This document shows, piece after piece, positions 49,368 through 59,600 of a DNA stretch of 64,000 nt (position 1 is the stretch's first letter; every line of letters begins with the position of its first letter). Origin of the DNA: Chthoniobacterales bacterium (GTDB taxonomy: Bacteria; Verrucomicrobiota; Verrucomicrobiia; Chthoniobacterales; Chthoniobacteraceae); contig JBBQZX010000001.1 in NCBI GenBank assembly GCA_038207335.1, positions 96,001-160,000 of the forward strand. Reading direction: 5' to 3'. The position numbers and the translations under genes are program-made. Below the pieces are notes generated by a model. It was not told where the DNA came from and made no database searches. It worked only from the letters and a program-made list of their open reading frames with translations.

Positions 49368-50102
49368 TCACTGTTTTGCAGCAGAGAGCCCTTCGGCTTC
49401 GAGCCGCGCGACCTGCCACATGTAGCCGGGATTTCCCGCGGAGCGTGCGTCGTCGAATGTCGCGACTGCGGCGCGGAGATCCTTGAGGGCGGCGGGGCGG
49501 TGGCCCATGAGCAGTTCGTAGAGACCGATGTAGTAGTGGGCGAAAAATTGGACGCTCGTTTCAGCGCCGAGACTCTTTTGATCGATCTCACCGAGCACGT
49601 CGGATGGTGACCTTTTGCCGGCGAACATCTCGTACAGCTCCGGGAACGGCTCGCGGTCGAAACGGTCGTACACGAGCATTTTCTCTCGTGCGTTGTCGAT
49701 ACCGCCGGCGCGCGCGTCGGCGAGGAATTTCCAGATGCCGTTCTCCCGGTCGTGGCCGTCGTAATTATGATATTTCTCGAACTGCCGCGACGCCTTCTCA
49801 AACGCCCCGGTGAAGTAATACGCGATCCCGAGGCGCCAGTGGGGCGCGTCCTGCGCGGGGTCGAGCGCGATCATCTTCTCGAAATCCGCCACCGCGTCCG
49901 GGAAGCGCGCGAGGAAAAGCTCCGCGTCGCCGCGATGTGAGAGCGCGGTGATCGACTCGGGCGTCTTGTCGAGCACCGCGGTGGCGGCGGCGATGTCCTC
50001 CTCGAACCCCGCGAGCATATCGGCGCGGCGCACATCGCGCTCGAGATCGGCGGCGAGCAAAAACCGCGGGACGATGAGCAGGAGGAGGTAAAGCGAGCGC
50101 AT
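49368..50102 (-). CDS. TPR / NlpI-like secreted protein
   Basis: Signal peptide; RGDAELFLARFPDAVADF; WRLGIAYY; DRENGIW; FFAHYYIGLY. Confidence 0.75.
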   Translation of the reverse strand: MRSLYLLLLIVPRFLLAADLERDVRRADMLAGFEEDIAAATAVLDKTPESITALSHRGDAELFLARFPDAVADFEKMIALDPAQDAPHWRLGIAYYFTGAFEKASRQFEKYHNYDGHDRENGIWKFLADARAGGIDNAREKMLVYDRFDREPFPELYEMFAGKRSPSDVLGEIDQKSLGAETSVQFFAHYYIGLYELLMGHRPAALKDLRAAVATFDDARSAGNPGYMWQVARLEAEGLSAAKQ

Positions 50103-50204
50103 ATGCGGACAATGCGGAATCAGTGGCGCAGACGCGAATCTTTCGCGAAATTCCACACATTCCCGACGCCTTGCGGCGTTGTGAGAAAAAACATCACCAC
50201 CACC

Positions 50205-50870
50205 ATGAACCTCACCTCACTCCCCGACTTCGATCGCCGCAAATTCATCTCCCGCTGCGGCCTCACCCTCGCCTTCTTCGCCACCCCCGGCGCATTCGCC
50301 GAGGAACTCACCGCCACCCCCAAACAGACCGAAGGCCCCTTCTACCCCGACCACCTCCCCCTCGACACCGACAACGACCTCATCCTCGTCAACGACTCCA
50401 CCACCCCCGCCGTCGGCGCCATCACCTACCTCAGCGGGCGCATCCTCGACATGCACGGCGAGCCCATCCGCAACGCCCTCGTCGAAATCTGGCAGTGCGA
50501 CAACAACGGCGCCTACTTCCACAGCCGCACCGGCAACGCCGACAAACACGACGCGAACTTCCAGGGCTTCGGCCGCTTCATGACCGGCAGCACCGGCGAG
50601 TACCTCTTCCGCACCATCAAACCCGTCTCCTACCCAGGCCGCTGCCCCCACGTCCACTTCGCCATCAAGATGAAAGGCCGCGAAAAATGGACCACCCAGT
50701 GCTACATCCGCGGCGACGCCAGCAACGACCGCGACGGCGTCTATCGCGGCATCCGGGACGAAAAGCAGCGCGACTCCGTCACCGTCGATTTCGCCGCGCT
50801 GAAGGACGCCCGTGCCGGCGAACTCGCCGCCCGCTTCGACATCGTCATGGGCTACACACCGGTGGTGTGA
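50205..50870 (+). CDS. Intradiol ring-cleavage dioxygenase-like protein with Tat signal
   Basis: DRRKFI leader; TEGPFYP; VEIWQCDNNGAY; FQGFGR; KPVSYPGRCPHVHF. Confidence 0.88.
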   Translation: MNLTSLPDFDRRKFISRCGLTLAFFATPGAFAEELTATPKQTEGPFYPDHLPLDTDNDLILVNDSTTPAVGAITYLSGRILDMHGEPIRNALVEIWQCDNNGAYFHSRTGNADKHDANFQGFGRFMTGSTGEYLFRTIKPVSYPGRCPHVHFAIKMKGREKWTTQCYIRGDASNDRDGVYRGIRDEKQRDSVTVDFAALKDARAGELAARFDIVMGYTPVV

Positions 50871-51156
50871 GGGAATCTTTCGATTCATCTTTTGCCTGAC
50901 CATATTTTCGAGCGTCCCATGCGCTCCGTTTCAACGTCCCACCGGCGTTTGTGCCGGTCACCTTGACACTGAATCCCAAGATCGGGAAGTGCGCGCAGCT
51001 AATTTCAACCTCGCGCATGTAGTAGGGAAATTTCTTTTGATTGTGACAAAAATGTTGCAATCGGGTGCCCGGCTTTTACGTTCCGGCGCAAGTTGCCGGA
51101 TGTGTGAGTGAGAGAAGTCGGCACCTTACCCCCGCAGTTAACCCCCTCGCTTGACC

Positions 51157-54100
51157 ATGAAAACAACCTGCCGTACGCACTCGCGCAGCTTCCGCCGCGC
51201 CGCTCTCATTTCCAGCGCCGCCGCGCTGCTCGCCCCCGCCGCATTCAGTGCCACATTCACATGGAGCAATAGCACTGGCAACTGGAGCGACCCGACCCGT
51301 TGGTCGCCCAGCTCTCCCGTGAGCGCTGCGGATACCGAACTCGTCTTCGGCGGCACAGGAGGCACGGGCTACACCTCGACGGACGATCTCGGGACCGCGT
51401 TTTCGCTGAATATCCTCACCCTCAACAGCACGGCGACCGTCGCAGAGACGATCGCCGCCACGGCAGGCAGTTCGCTGAATTTCGTCGTCAATGGGGCCTC
51501 CAACCCGGTGATCTCGCAAGGCGGCACCGGCGCTTTTAATCTCGGCATCCCCCTGACGGTGAGCAATCCGCTTCTGCTCATCGGTGGCCCTACTGCGGGC
51601 ATCGTCTCGCTTCAGGGCATCGTCTCCGGCGCGGGGGGGCTCACTTTTACGGGAGGAAAATGGCGCATCACAAACATCGCAAACGCCTACACCGGCGGCA
51701 CGAACGTCGGTGCCAGCGCATTCGTGGAACTCGCGAGCGATGGGGCCGCGCCGCAGAGCATTTCGTTTGCGACCGGTGCAACCTCGCTGCTCGGCGGCAA
51801 CACCGGCAACACGCTCACGATCAATGGCGGGACGCTGAAGCTCACGACCTCCGGCATCGGAAGTCTCGCGCTCGGCGGAGCACGTCCCGTGACTTTCGGC
51901 GCGAATGGCGGCACGCTCGACCTGACCAATGTGAACACCGTCTCCGCGACGGCGCAGGGCGGGAACATCACCGGCGGCGACCTCGCGCTCACGCTGAACT
52001 CGACAGTCGGTAATCCGGCGGTGATCAAATTCAACGGCGGCCAACTGGGCTTGCAGACAAATAACGCGACGGATGGCAACTGGGGCACTGGCAATGCCCT
52101 GCGTATCTCGAGTTTCGCGGGCACCGGGCCGGTGCGCTTCGAGATCACGAATGGCGCGACTTTACGCTCGGGTGTCGGAAATACCGCCAATAATACTGTG
52201 ACACAGACCACGACTCTGCGCGGCGTGGTCGGCGGCGATCCCACGTCAGGACCGGCGGGCACCGTGCTCACTGGCATCAGTCGTTCGACGGGGCGGTTCA
52301 TCATCGATGCCGCGCCGGAGCTGACTTACACGAATCTGACATTCGAGGGCGCAACGCAGGTCGGCGTCACAGGCACGACTCGGGCGCTGAATGGAAACAT
52401 CATCATCGGCGGCGGCGCGAACGCCGGCTATGTAGCCTTTAATGGACGCGGCACTGGCACTGCGCTCAACTCCACGGTCAACGCGCCCAATACGAACACT
52501 GCGGGTCAAAACATTCTCTGGCTCCTACGCAACGCCAACGGGACGCTGACGATTCAGGATGGCGGCATCGCGGATTTCAACACGCGGATTCGCTCCGACA
52601 CCTCAGGGCCGAACGGCAACGGCGTCGCCCTCGATGGCCCTGCCACGATCAATGCCGGCGGCACGCTGCGCTTCGCGCAATCCGTCTCCAATTTCACCCC
52701 CGGCATCCCTGGGACCACCGCCAGCGTCGGCGACATTCTCATCTATGGGGACATCACGGGGCAGGGGACGACTGCGAAGGACTCCGTCCTTTCCATCCTG
52801 CTCCCCCAGCCGCAGCCAGGTGCCGCGGTTTCCTCGGGAGTGCCAGCCACTCTGACGACGGATACAAACACGACCACAAACATCCGCCCGTACGGCGGCC
52901 TTGTCTTCGACGACTCGCGCGGAACCGCGGACTTGATCGTGAACGGCACCGGCTTCGGCGGCTTGAAAGTCGAGGGCCTCGCGCGGCCAAACGGCTTGAT
53001 CCAAGGCAACGTGGCAGACCCCGTCACCAATGACGTAAAGGTCGCCTCCGTCCTCACGTCCGCCCGCCTCTCGCGCATCACCGGCACTGGCGGCTACCTC
53101 ACCGCCGCGCCTGCCGGAGCGGCGTTTAGCTTCCCCGCCGGAGGCGAGTGGGCGCCCGGAGTCACCGTCGGCTTGAAGATTGTGGATAGCAACGTCGGCG
53201 CTGGGACCGATGTCTCCGTCGCGGCGATCAGCTCTTTCAACCACAACATCGTGATCGACACCGGCGCGACCCTCGACACCGGGGCAGGGGCTTTCACCAT
53301 TGGCTCTACTCAGGCTTCCACCCTCGTCGGCACGGGTAAAATCATCGGCTCGGGTGGCGTCACCGTCGCGGCGGGCTCGACGATCGCCCCGGGTCTCGCC
53401 GGCCTCGGCACGCTGACCGTCGGGAATTTCACGATCGGCGGTTCTCTCCAAATCGACGCCACGAATGCACCCACCTCCGATCAACTCATCGTCCTCGGAA
53501 ACCTGACGCTGAGTGCCGGGAGCACCCTCTTGCTGCCGGGAACGAACACCTACGGCACCGCCGACATCACCTTCGCGACCTACACCGGCGCGCTCCTCGG
53601 CACCTTCACGAACACCACCGGCCTGCCCGGCAACTACCTCGTCGATTACACAACACCGAACGCCATCAAGCTCGTCTTCAACACGCCGACCGACATCTGG
53701 AACGGCAACGTGAACGGCAATTGGGATCACGCCACGCTCAACTGGCAGGGTGGCGTTGCCTTTACCGATATTCATAACGCGCTCTTCGACGACACCGCCG
53801 CGGGCACGCACATCGTCACCATCGTCGGCGGCGACGTAGCGCCAAATAAAGTCACCGTCAACACCGCCGCAGGCTATTCCATCACCGGCTCCGCCGGAAA
53901 TGCGATTGTCGGCAGTGCGGCTCTCATCAAGCAAGGCGCAGGCACGCTGACGATTTCGGGGCCGCACAGATTCTCCGGCGGGACGACAGTCACTGGCGGC
54001 ACCCTTCGGCTCGGTGCAAATGAATCGCTCCCCGACGGCGGCACAGTCGTCGTATCGTCGGGCGCCACGCTCGATGCGAACGGCAAGACCGAGACGACTG

Positions 54101-56277
54101 GCGCGCTCACGATCAACGGCACGCTGAATGGCGGCGGCACCATTAATGCCAGCGCGTCGTTTGGGCCTGCCGCCACGGGCGCGGTCGCCGCGCTCACCGG
54201 CACATCGCTTTCGCTCGGCACCGGCGCGTCGCTCACTGCCACCGGCGCCGTAAGCGTCACGGGCACGACGACTCTCGGCGACGGCGCGACACTCACCGCC
54301 GCCTCGAATGCCCTCAGCAGCGATGTCATCAAAAACGGCACCGGCGCTGGCGCGACCATCTCCGGCCCTATCAATCTCGGCGGCGCGACGCGCACCTACA
54401 CCATCTCCTCCGGCACCGGCCCGGATCTGACCCTCGGCGGCGCGATCTCCAATGGAGGACTCACCAAAGCCGGCCCCGGCATCCTGCTGCTCAATGGAGC
54501 GAGCACCTACTCCGGCTCGACGACCATCAGCGGCGGCATCCTCCGTGCCGGCGCGGCGAACAGCTTCTCAGCCACGAGCGACATCACCGTCGGCGCGGGC
54601 GCGACGCTCGACAACGGCGGCTTTAGCGTCACCACCGGTGGCATTTCCGGCACCGGCACCATCGCTCTGAATGGCGGCGCGCTCACCGCGAATTTTGCCA
54701 CAGACAGCATCGTGGCCACCCTCATCAGCGGTTCCGGCGCTTTCCTCAAAACCGGCCCGGGCGTCGCCACCATCAACACCGCCAACACATACTCCGGCGG
54801 CACCTTCATTTCCGGCGGACGCATCCGCTCAGGGAATGTGAACGCCCTCGGTGCCAGCGGTTCCACCACCACCGTCTCGACGGGCGGCATTTTGGTCCTC
54901 ACCGTTGGCAGCCAGGCGCAAACCCTCGTCCTCGACGGCGGTATCCTCTCCGGCGTTGGCCTCGCAAACGGCACGAACATCATCACGGGCGAGCTGACCG
55001 TCGCCAGCCCGTCCACCATCGAGCTCTTCGACCACGCCACCCCCGCCACCGCGAGCGAGATGTTCCTCGGTACCGTTCTGCATGGGAGTGGAAATCTCAG
55101 CATCCTTGCCAATTCCACCGTCACTTCAGCCGATGGCGGCCCCGGCTTCCGACCGGCAAACATCACGACCAACTCCGACTACAGCGGCATCGCCACCTTG
55201 AGCCAGCGAGCGAAAATCGACCTGCGCGGCCCCGGCGTTGGCGTCGCGTCGCAGTTCAGCTCCTTTGGCAGCGCCACGATCCGGCTCAACACCGGCACTC
55301 TAGTCTTTGGTGCTAGCAGCTCGACCGGCAGCTATTCGCAAATCAACGTCCGCGCAGATCATAACAACAACTACGGCAATAACATCGAACTCCTCGGCAC
55401 CGGTTCTGCCGTCCTCTCGTTCGTCAATATCGGCACTGGTGACGCAAACGTGGAACACACCTTTGGAGACCTTAAAATCGGCGACCAGCAGCGCCTTGTG
55501 ATCACCAAAAACCACGCCGACTACACTGGCTTCTTCCCCACCGTCCACCTCCAGGGCGGCGTAGCGGAAATCAGTCCGAACGACCCCATCGCGGCCCTCG
55601 GCGGCGGCAATCTGCGCTTCGGCGCGGTCACCGAATCCGTCGCGGGCTCGGGCTTTTCCATGGAAGGCCTCGGCACCCTCACTCTCTCTGGCGCGAGCAA
55701 CTACACCGGCCCCACCCGCATCAACAACGGCACCGTCATCCTCTCCGGCTCCATCGCCGGCAGCAGCGGCATCGCGGTGAATAATGGCACCCTGACTGGC
55801 GGCGGCACCACCGGTGTGGCTGTCACCGTCGGCGACGGCATCGGCGCCGCCTCCACCGCCACCATCGCCCCCGGCACCCCCACGACCATTGGCAACATCT
55901 TCACCGGCCCCCTCAGCCTCCTCGCCGACGGCCAATACAAACTCGAGCTCTCCACCGACAATCTCAGCACCGACCAGATCTTCGTTGGGGGCCCTCTCAC
56001 TCTCGGCAGCGGCATCGCCGCACTGAATGCCACCAACCTCGGCAGCAACATTCTCAACAACGCCGAGACATTCACCATCGCCATTGCCAGCGGTGCGGTC
56101 ACCGGCACCTTCGCCGGACTCCCTGAGAACGCGGCACTCTCCCTCAACGGCACGAACTTCAACATCCACTACCTCCCGAACTCCGTCGTGCTGCAAGCCG
56201 TCCCCGAGCCCGGTGCCATTGTCAGCCTCTTCGGCGGTGCCGCCCTCCTCCTCGGCCTCCGCCGCCGTCGCGGCTGA
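51157..56277 (+). CDS. PEP-CTERM surface protein with autotransporter-associated beta-strand repeats
   Basis: Signal peptide; many KxGxGTLxLxGxNTYSGxTxI repeats; C-terminal VPEP + TM + RRRRG. Confidence 0.9.
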   Translation: MKTTCRTHSRSFRRAALISSAAALLAPAAFSATFTWSNSTGNWSDPTRWSPSSPVSAADTELVFGGTGGTGYTSTDDLGTAFSLNILTLNSTATVAETIAATAGSSLNFVVNGASNPVISQGGTGAFNLGIPLTVSNPLLLIGGPTAGIVSLQGIVSGAGGLTFTGGKWRITNIANAYTGGTNVGASAFVELASDGAAPQSISFATGATSLLGGNTGNTLTINGGTLKLTTSGIGSLALGGARPVTFGANGGTLDLTNVNTVSATAQGGNITGGDLALTLNSTVGNPAVIKFNGGQLGLQTNNATDGNWGTGNALRISSFAGTGPVRFEITNGATLRSGVGNTANNTVTQTTTLRGVVGGDPTSGPAGTVLTGISRSTGRFIIDAAPELTYTNLTFEGATQVGVTGTTRALNGNIIIGGGANAGYVAFNGRGTGTALNSTVNAPNTNTAGQNILWLLRNANGTLTIQDGGIADFNTRIRSDTSGPNGNGVALDGPATINAGGTLRFAQSVSNFTPGIPGTTASVGDILIYGDITGQGTTAKDSVLSILLPQPQPGAAVSSGVPATLTTDTNTTTNIRPYGGLVFDDSRGTADLIVNGTGFGGLKVEGLARPNGLIQGNVADPVTNDVKVASVLTSARLSRITGTGGYLTAAPAGAAFSFPAGGEWAPGVTVGLKIVDSNVGAGTDVSVAAISSFNHNIVIDTGATLDTGAGAFTIGSTQASTLVGTGKIIGSGGVTVAAGSTIAPGLAGLGTLTVGNFTIGGSLQIDATNAPTSDQLIVLGNLTLSAGSTLLLPGTNTYGTADITFATYTGALLGTFTNTTGLPGNYLVDYTTPNAIKLVFNTPTDIWNGNVNGNWDHATLNWQGGVAFTDIHNALFDDTAAGTHIVTIVGGDVAPNKVTVNTAAGYSITGSAGNAIVGSAALIKQGAGTLTISGPHRFSGGTTVTGGTLRLGANESLPDGGTVVVSSGATLDANGKTETTGALTINGTLNGGGTINASASFGPAATGAVAALTGTSLSLGTGASLTATGAVSVTGTTTLGDGATLTAASNALSSDVIKNGTGAGATISGPINLGGATRTYTISSGTGPDLTLGGAISNGGLTKAGPGILLLNGASTYSGSTTISGGILRAGAANSFSATSDITVGAGATLDNGGFSVTTGGISGTGTIALNGGALTANFATDSIVATLISGSGAFLKTGPGVATINTANTYSGGTFISGGRIRSGNVNALGASGSTTTVSTGGILVLTVGSQAQTLVLDGGILSGVGLANGTNIITGELTVASPSTIELFDHATPATASEMFLGTVLHGSGNLSILANSTVTSADGGPGFRPANITTNSDYSGIATLSQRAKIDLRGPGVGVASQFSSFGSATIRLNTGTLVFGASSSTGSYSQINVRADHNNNYGNNIELLGTGSAVLSFVNIGTGDANVEHTFGDLKIGDQQRLVITKNHADYTGFFPTVHLQGGVAEISPNDPIAALGGGNLRFGAVTESVAGSGFSMEGLGTLTLSGASNYTGPTRINNGTVILSGSIAGSSGIAVNNGTLTGGGTTGVAVTVGDGIGAASTATIAPGTPTTIGNIFTGPLSLLADGQYKLELSTDNLSTDQIFVGGPLTLGSGIAALNATNLGSNILNNAETFTIAIASGAVTGTFAGLPENAALSLNGTNFNIHYLPNSVVLQAVPEPGAIVSLFGGAALLLGLRRRRG

Positions 56278-56448
56278 AAATCGCACACATCCGTCGGCGA
56301 CTTCAGCGGGAAAATGGGAAAGAAGAAAAGGGGGCGCTTCCTTTCCTGCTTTCGTGTTTGCCTGCTAAAATCCGAATCCACCCCGCCCGCCGTCGCAGGC
56401 GACGCTGACAGTTCCGCGCGGACTTTTTACCCGTTAAGCAGAGGCGGC

Positions 56449-56605
56449 TAGACAGTCGCGGGGAAGCCTTTGACGGTCATGAGGAAGACACTGACGGTTG
56501 TGTTTTGAACCCCTGACGGTTTTGAGGAAGAGCTAACGATCACGGACAATCGCGGGGAAGGGCCTGGCAATTGTGTTTTTACCGCTGACAATCGTGACCC
56601 GGCTC
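56449..56605. repeat. Degenerate ~21-bp tandem repeat array
   Basis: Units at 56449, 56470, 56491, 56513, (56533 partial), 56543, 56564, 56585, each with a GACRRT-like core; e.g. GACAGTCGCGGGGAAG vs GACAATCGCGGGGAAG. Confidence 0.75.
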
Positions 56606-56646
56606 CGGTCGCACGTGGTCACGAGAGGCACGAAGCGAGCGGTGCG

Positions 56647-59600
56647 CTATGGTTGGATGGGGGTGACTACCCGGTAGAATCGCTGGGTGAGGGAGGGGGT
56701 GGCGTCGGTGACATCGACGGCGTGGGCGGAGGCTTGGGGGGCGATGTCGGTGAACTTGATCCACGTGGCGTCGGTCAGGGCGGCTTTGTATTGGATGGTG
56801 TAGCCGTTGTTGGCGGACGCGGTGAACTTGATGTGCGTCTGGCCGGGGGCCGGGCTGGTGATGGCGACGGTGAGGCGGTCGGCTGGATTTTGTGGGTCGG
56901 TGCCAGCGAGGTATTCGGAAAGGTTGCTCTGACCGTCGCCGTCGGCGTCGAGGGCGCCGTCGTTGGGGTCGTTAGGGTTCAGGCCGTGGGCGAGTTCCCA
57001 GGCGTCGGGGATGCCGTCGTGATCGGTGTCGGTGGAGGCTTGCACATTTGCCGCACCGGGCGTGGGCATGAGGTCGGCGATAGTGGCGGTGCCGTCGGGG
57101 AAGCGTCCGCCGCTGATGCCGAGGGACTGCGGACCGAAGCTGATGGCTTCGATCTGGGTGCCGCTGGCACTGAAGAGGCCGATGGCTTCACCGCTCGGAT
57201 TGAGGGCGAAATTGACATGGCCGGGAGCCCCGCTAGTGTCGTTGTCGGCGATGTATGCCTGCCAGCGGGAGGTGCCAGCGCCGCCAATGAAGCTGAGAGC
57301 CGGGATTTGGAATTTGTCCCGCTTGGTCAGGTTGTCGGTGAGGAAATTGCCGCTGAGGAGGATGGGTTGGGCGGAGGTGTTGTAGAGCTCGAAGAAGCCG
57401 GGCGGAGTGCTCGGGTTGGCGAGCCATTCGTTGACTTTCACCGCGGTGACCGAGCCGAGGCCGGCCGCGACATTCGTACCGCCGCGCGATGGGAGGGTGA
57501 GGACGAAGGGCCCGACACCATTTGCGACGCGGCCCACCGCGAGGTCGGGGAGCTGCTGGCCGAAGGTGACGGAGTCTTCGAGTCCCCCACCCTCCGCGAT
57601 TTTCCTAAAGAGGAAGACGCCGCCGCCGGCGGGGCTGAGACCAAAGCCGGCGTTTGTGGCGGAGGGCGCGGCGAGGGCGTCGGTCTGGAGGACGAGGTAT
57701 CCGTCGGAGGGAATGATCGTGCTGGCGGGGGCGATCCATTTGCGCGGGGAGGAAACGTTGTCGGTGAGGGAGACGTCGGAGATGTCGATGGAGGAACCGG
57801 AGGTGTTGTGGAGCTCGATCCAGCCGAGGAGGGAGCCGTCGGGATTCGGCGCGGTGGTGTGGAGGGCGAGGACTTCGTTGAGGACGAGGGAATTGCCCGC
57901 TCCGGCGACGGGGACGTCGGCGTCGAGTTTCATGCCCCACACGATGTCGGAGCTGCCGCTGCCGCTGGACTGGGTATCGGCTTGGTGGACTTCGGCGACG
58001 AGGACGTTGTCGCCGACGACGAGCTGGCTGGCAGGGAGAATGACGGACTCCGGGGCGGCGTCGCCCTGAGTGCGGTTGGCGAGCGTGCTCCAGGCGACGG
58101 TGCCTGAGGCCATGCCGACGCGGCCAGCGGTCGGGGTGATCTCCTGGCCGTTGAGGTAGAGGACGCAGCCGTCGTCGAGCATGAGGGTGGCGTTGAGGGT
58201 GACGCCATTGAGGGCACCAGAGTAGGTGAAGTGGGTGCGGAAGTAGTAGGTCTGGTAGGGGCGCGCGGCACCGAATCCGGGAAGTGCGCTGGCTTTGGTG
58301 AACCCATCACCGTTCGTGAGCGCGGCATTCTCGATGTAAAGAAGCTGCTGGGACGGGCCGTTCCACGAGGTATCGGTAAATAGGGAATCAGTGAACGGGC
58401 GACTCTGTGCGTCATTGGGCGGCGCAGCGGTGACGCCCACGTAGTAACGCCAAGTCTGGTTGGCGGGGACGAGATGGACGGTGGTGGTGCCGCCTCCGCC
58501 GCCGCCGACGACGCCGGGGTTTGGGGCGCCGGGTGTGGGCTGGTTGAAGAAAGCGAAGGTGCTGGTGCCATTCGGCGTGCGGCCCTCGGATACATCGGTG
58601 GATTGGGAGCCGTAAACGATGCTGTCGATGAGATTTTGCGCCGGGTCGAAGAAGCCAATTTCACCCTGCGTCGGGGTGAGCTTGAAGGCGAGGTGGTCGG
58701 CGCCCTGCTGGGGATCGCTGTCGGCTTTGAAGGAGACGTATCCGCTCGGGGCGATGAAGGTGAGCGGGCTGAGGGGGCTGACTGTGATGTTCTCGACGGG
58801 GTTGTTCGTGAGGTAATGGTTGCCGATGTTGACGGGCAGAGAGGCTGGGTTGAAGAGCTCGATGAAGTCGGTGCCGACGCGTTCGTCGGTGAGCCATTCA
58901 TTGATTTGCACTCCGACTGATGGAGACTGCGCGGCGACGATATTCGCGGAGCCAAAGGTCGGGACACAGAGGTCCCATGCGGCGTCGGTGGAGCGCCGGC
59001 CGATCGAGTAATCGGCGAGCTGCGCGCCGAAGGAGATGGTGTCGATGACGACGCCGGTGCTGGATTTGAGCGTGACGGAGTCGCCGGATTGCTTGATGCC
59101 GAAGCCTGTGTGACCGGCGGCGATGTCGGTGTCGGCGTAGATGACTCGGAAGGCACCGGGCGCAAGATCGGGGGTGCCAGCGGGGAAGGTGAAGGTATTC
59201 GGTGGTGTGCCGCCATCGGTGAGGACGAGCCCAACGAGGACGGTGGCGGTGGCGGATGGGTTGTAGAGTTCGATCGCGTCGGGGTAGGTCGCTGGGGAGC
59301 CGACAGGGACGGACTCGGTGTTTTTCGCGATGACTTCATTGATGCGGACGCCGGGTGCTGGCGGGGCAACGTAGGTCGGATCGACAGTCCACGTTTTCGA
59401 GATCGTGACGGTCCCGTCCGGCCCGAGCTTGCTGTCGTTCTGGTAAAGTCCGACGTCGTTTTTACCGATGACCGTGACGGTGTGCGGGCCATTGGCGAGG
59501 CCGCTCAGGGAGATGGGTGTGCCGATGGGCGTCTCGGAACTGAACGCGCCGCTGTCGAGTTTCCACTGATATTTCGTGAAGCCGGACCCAAGCGGCCATG

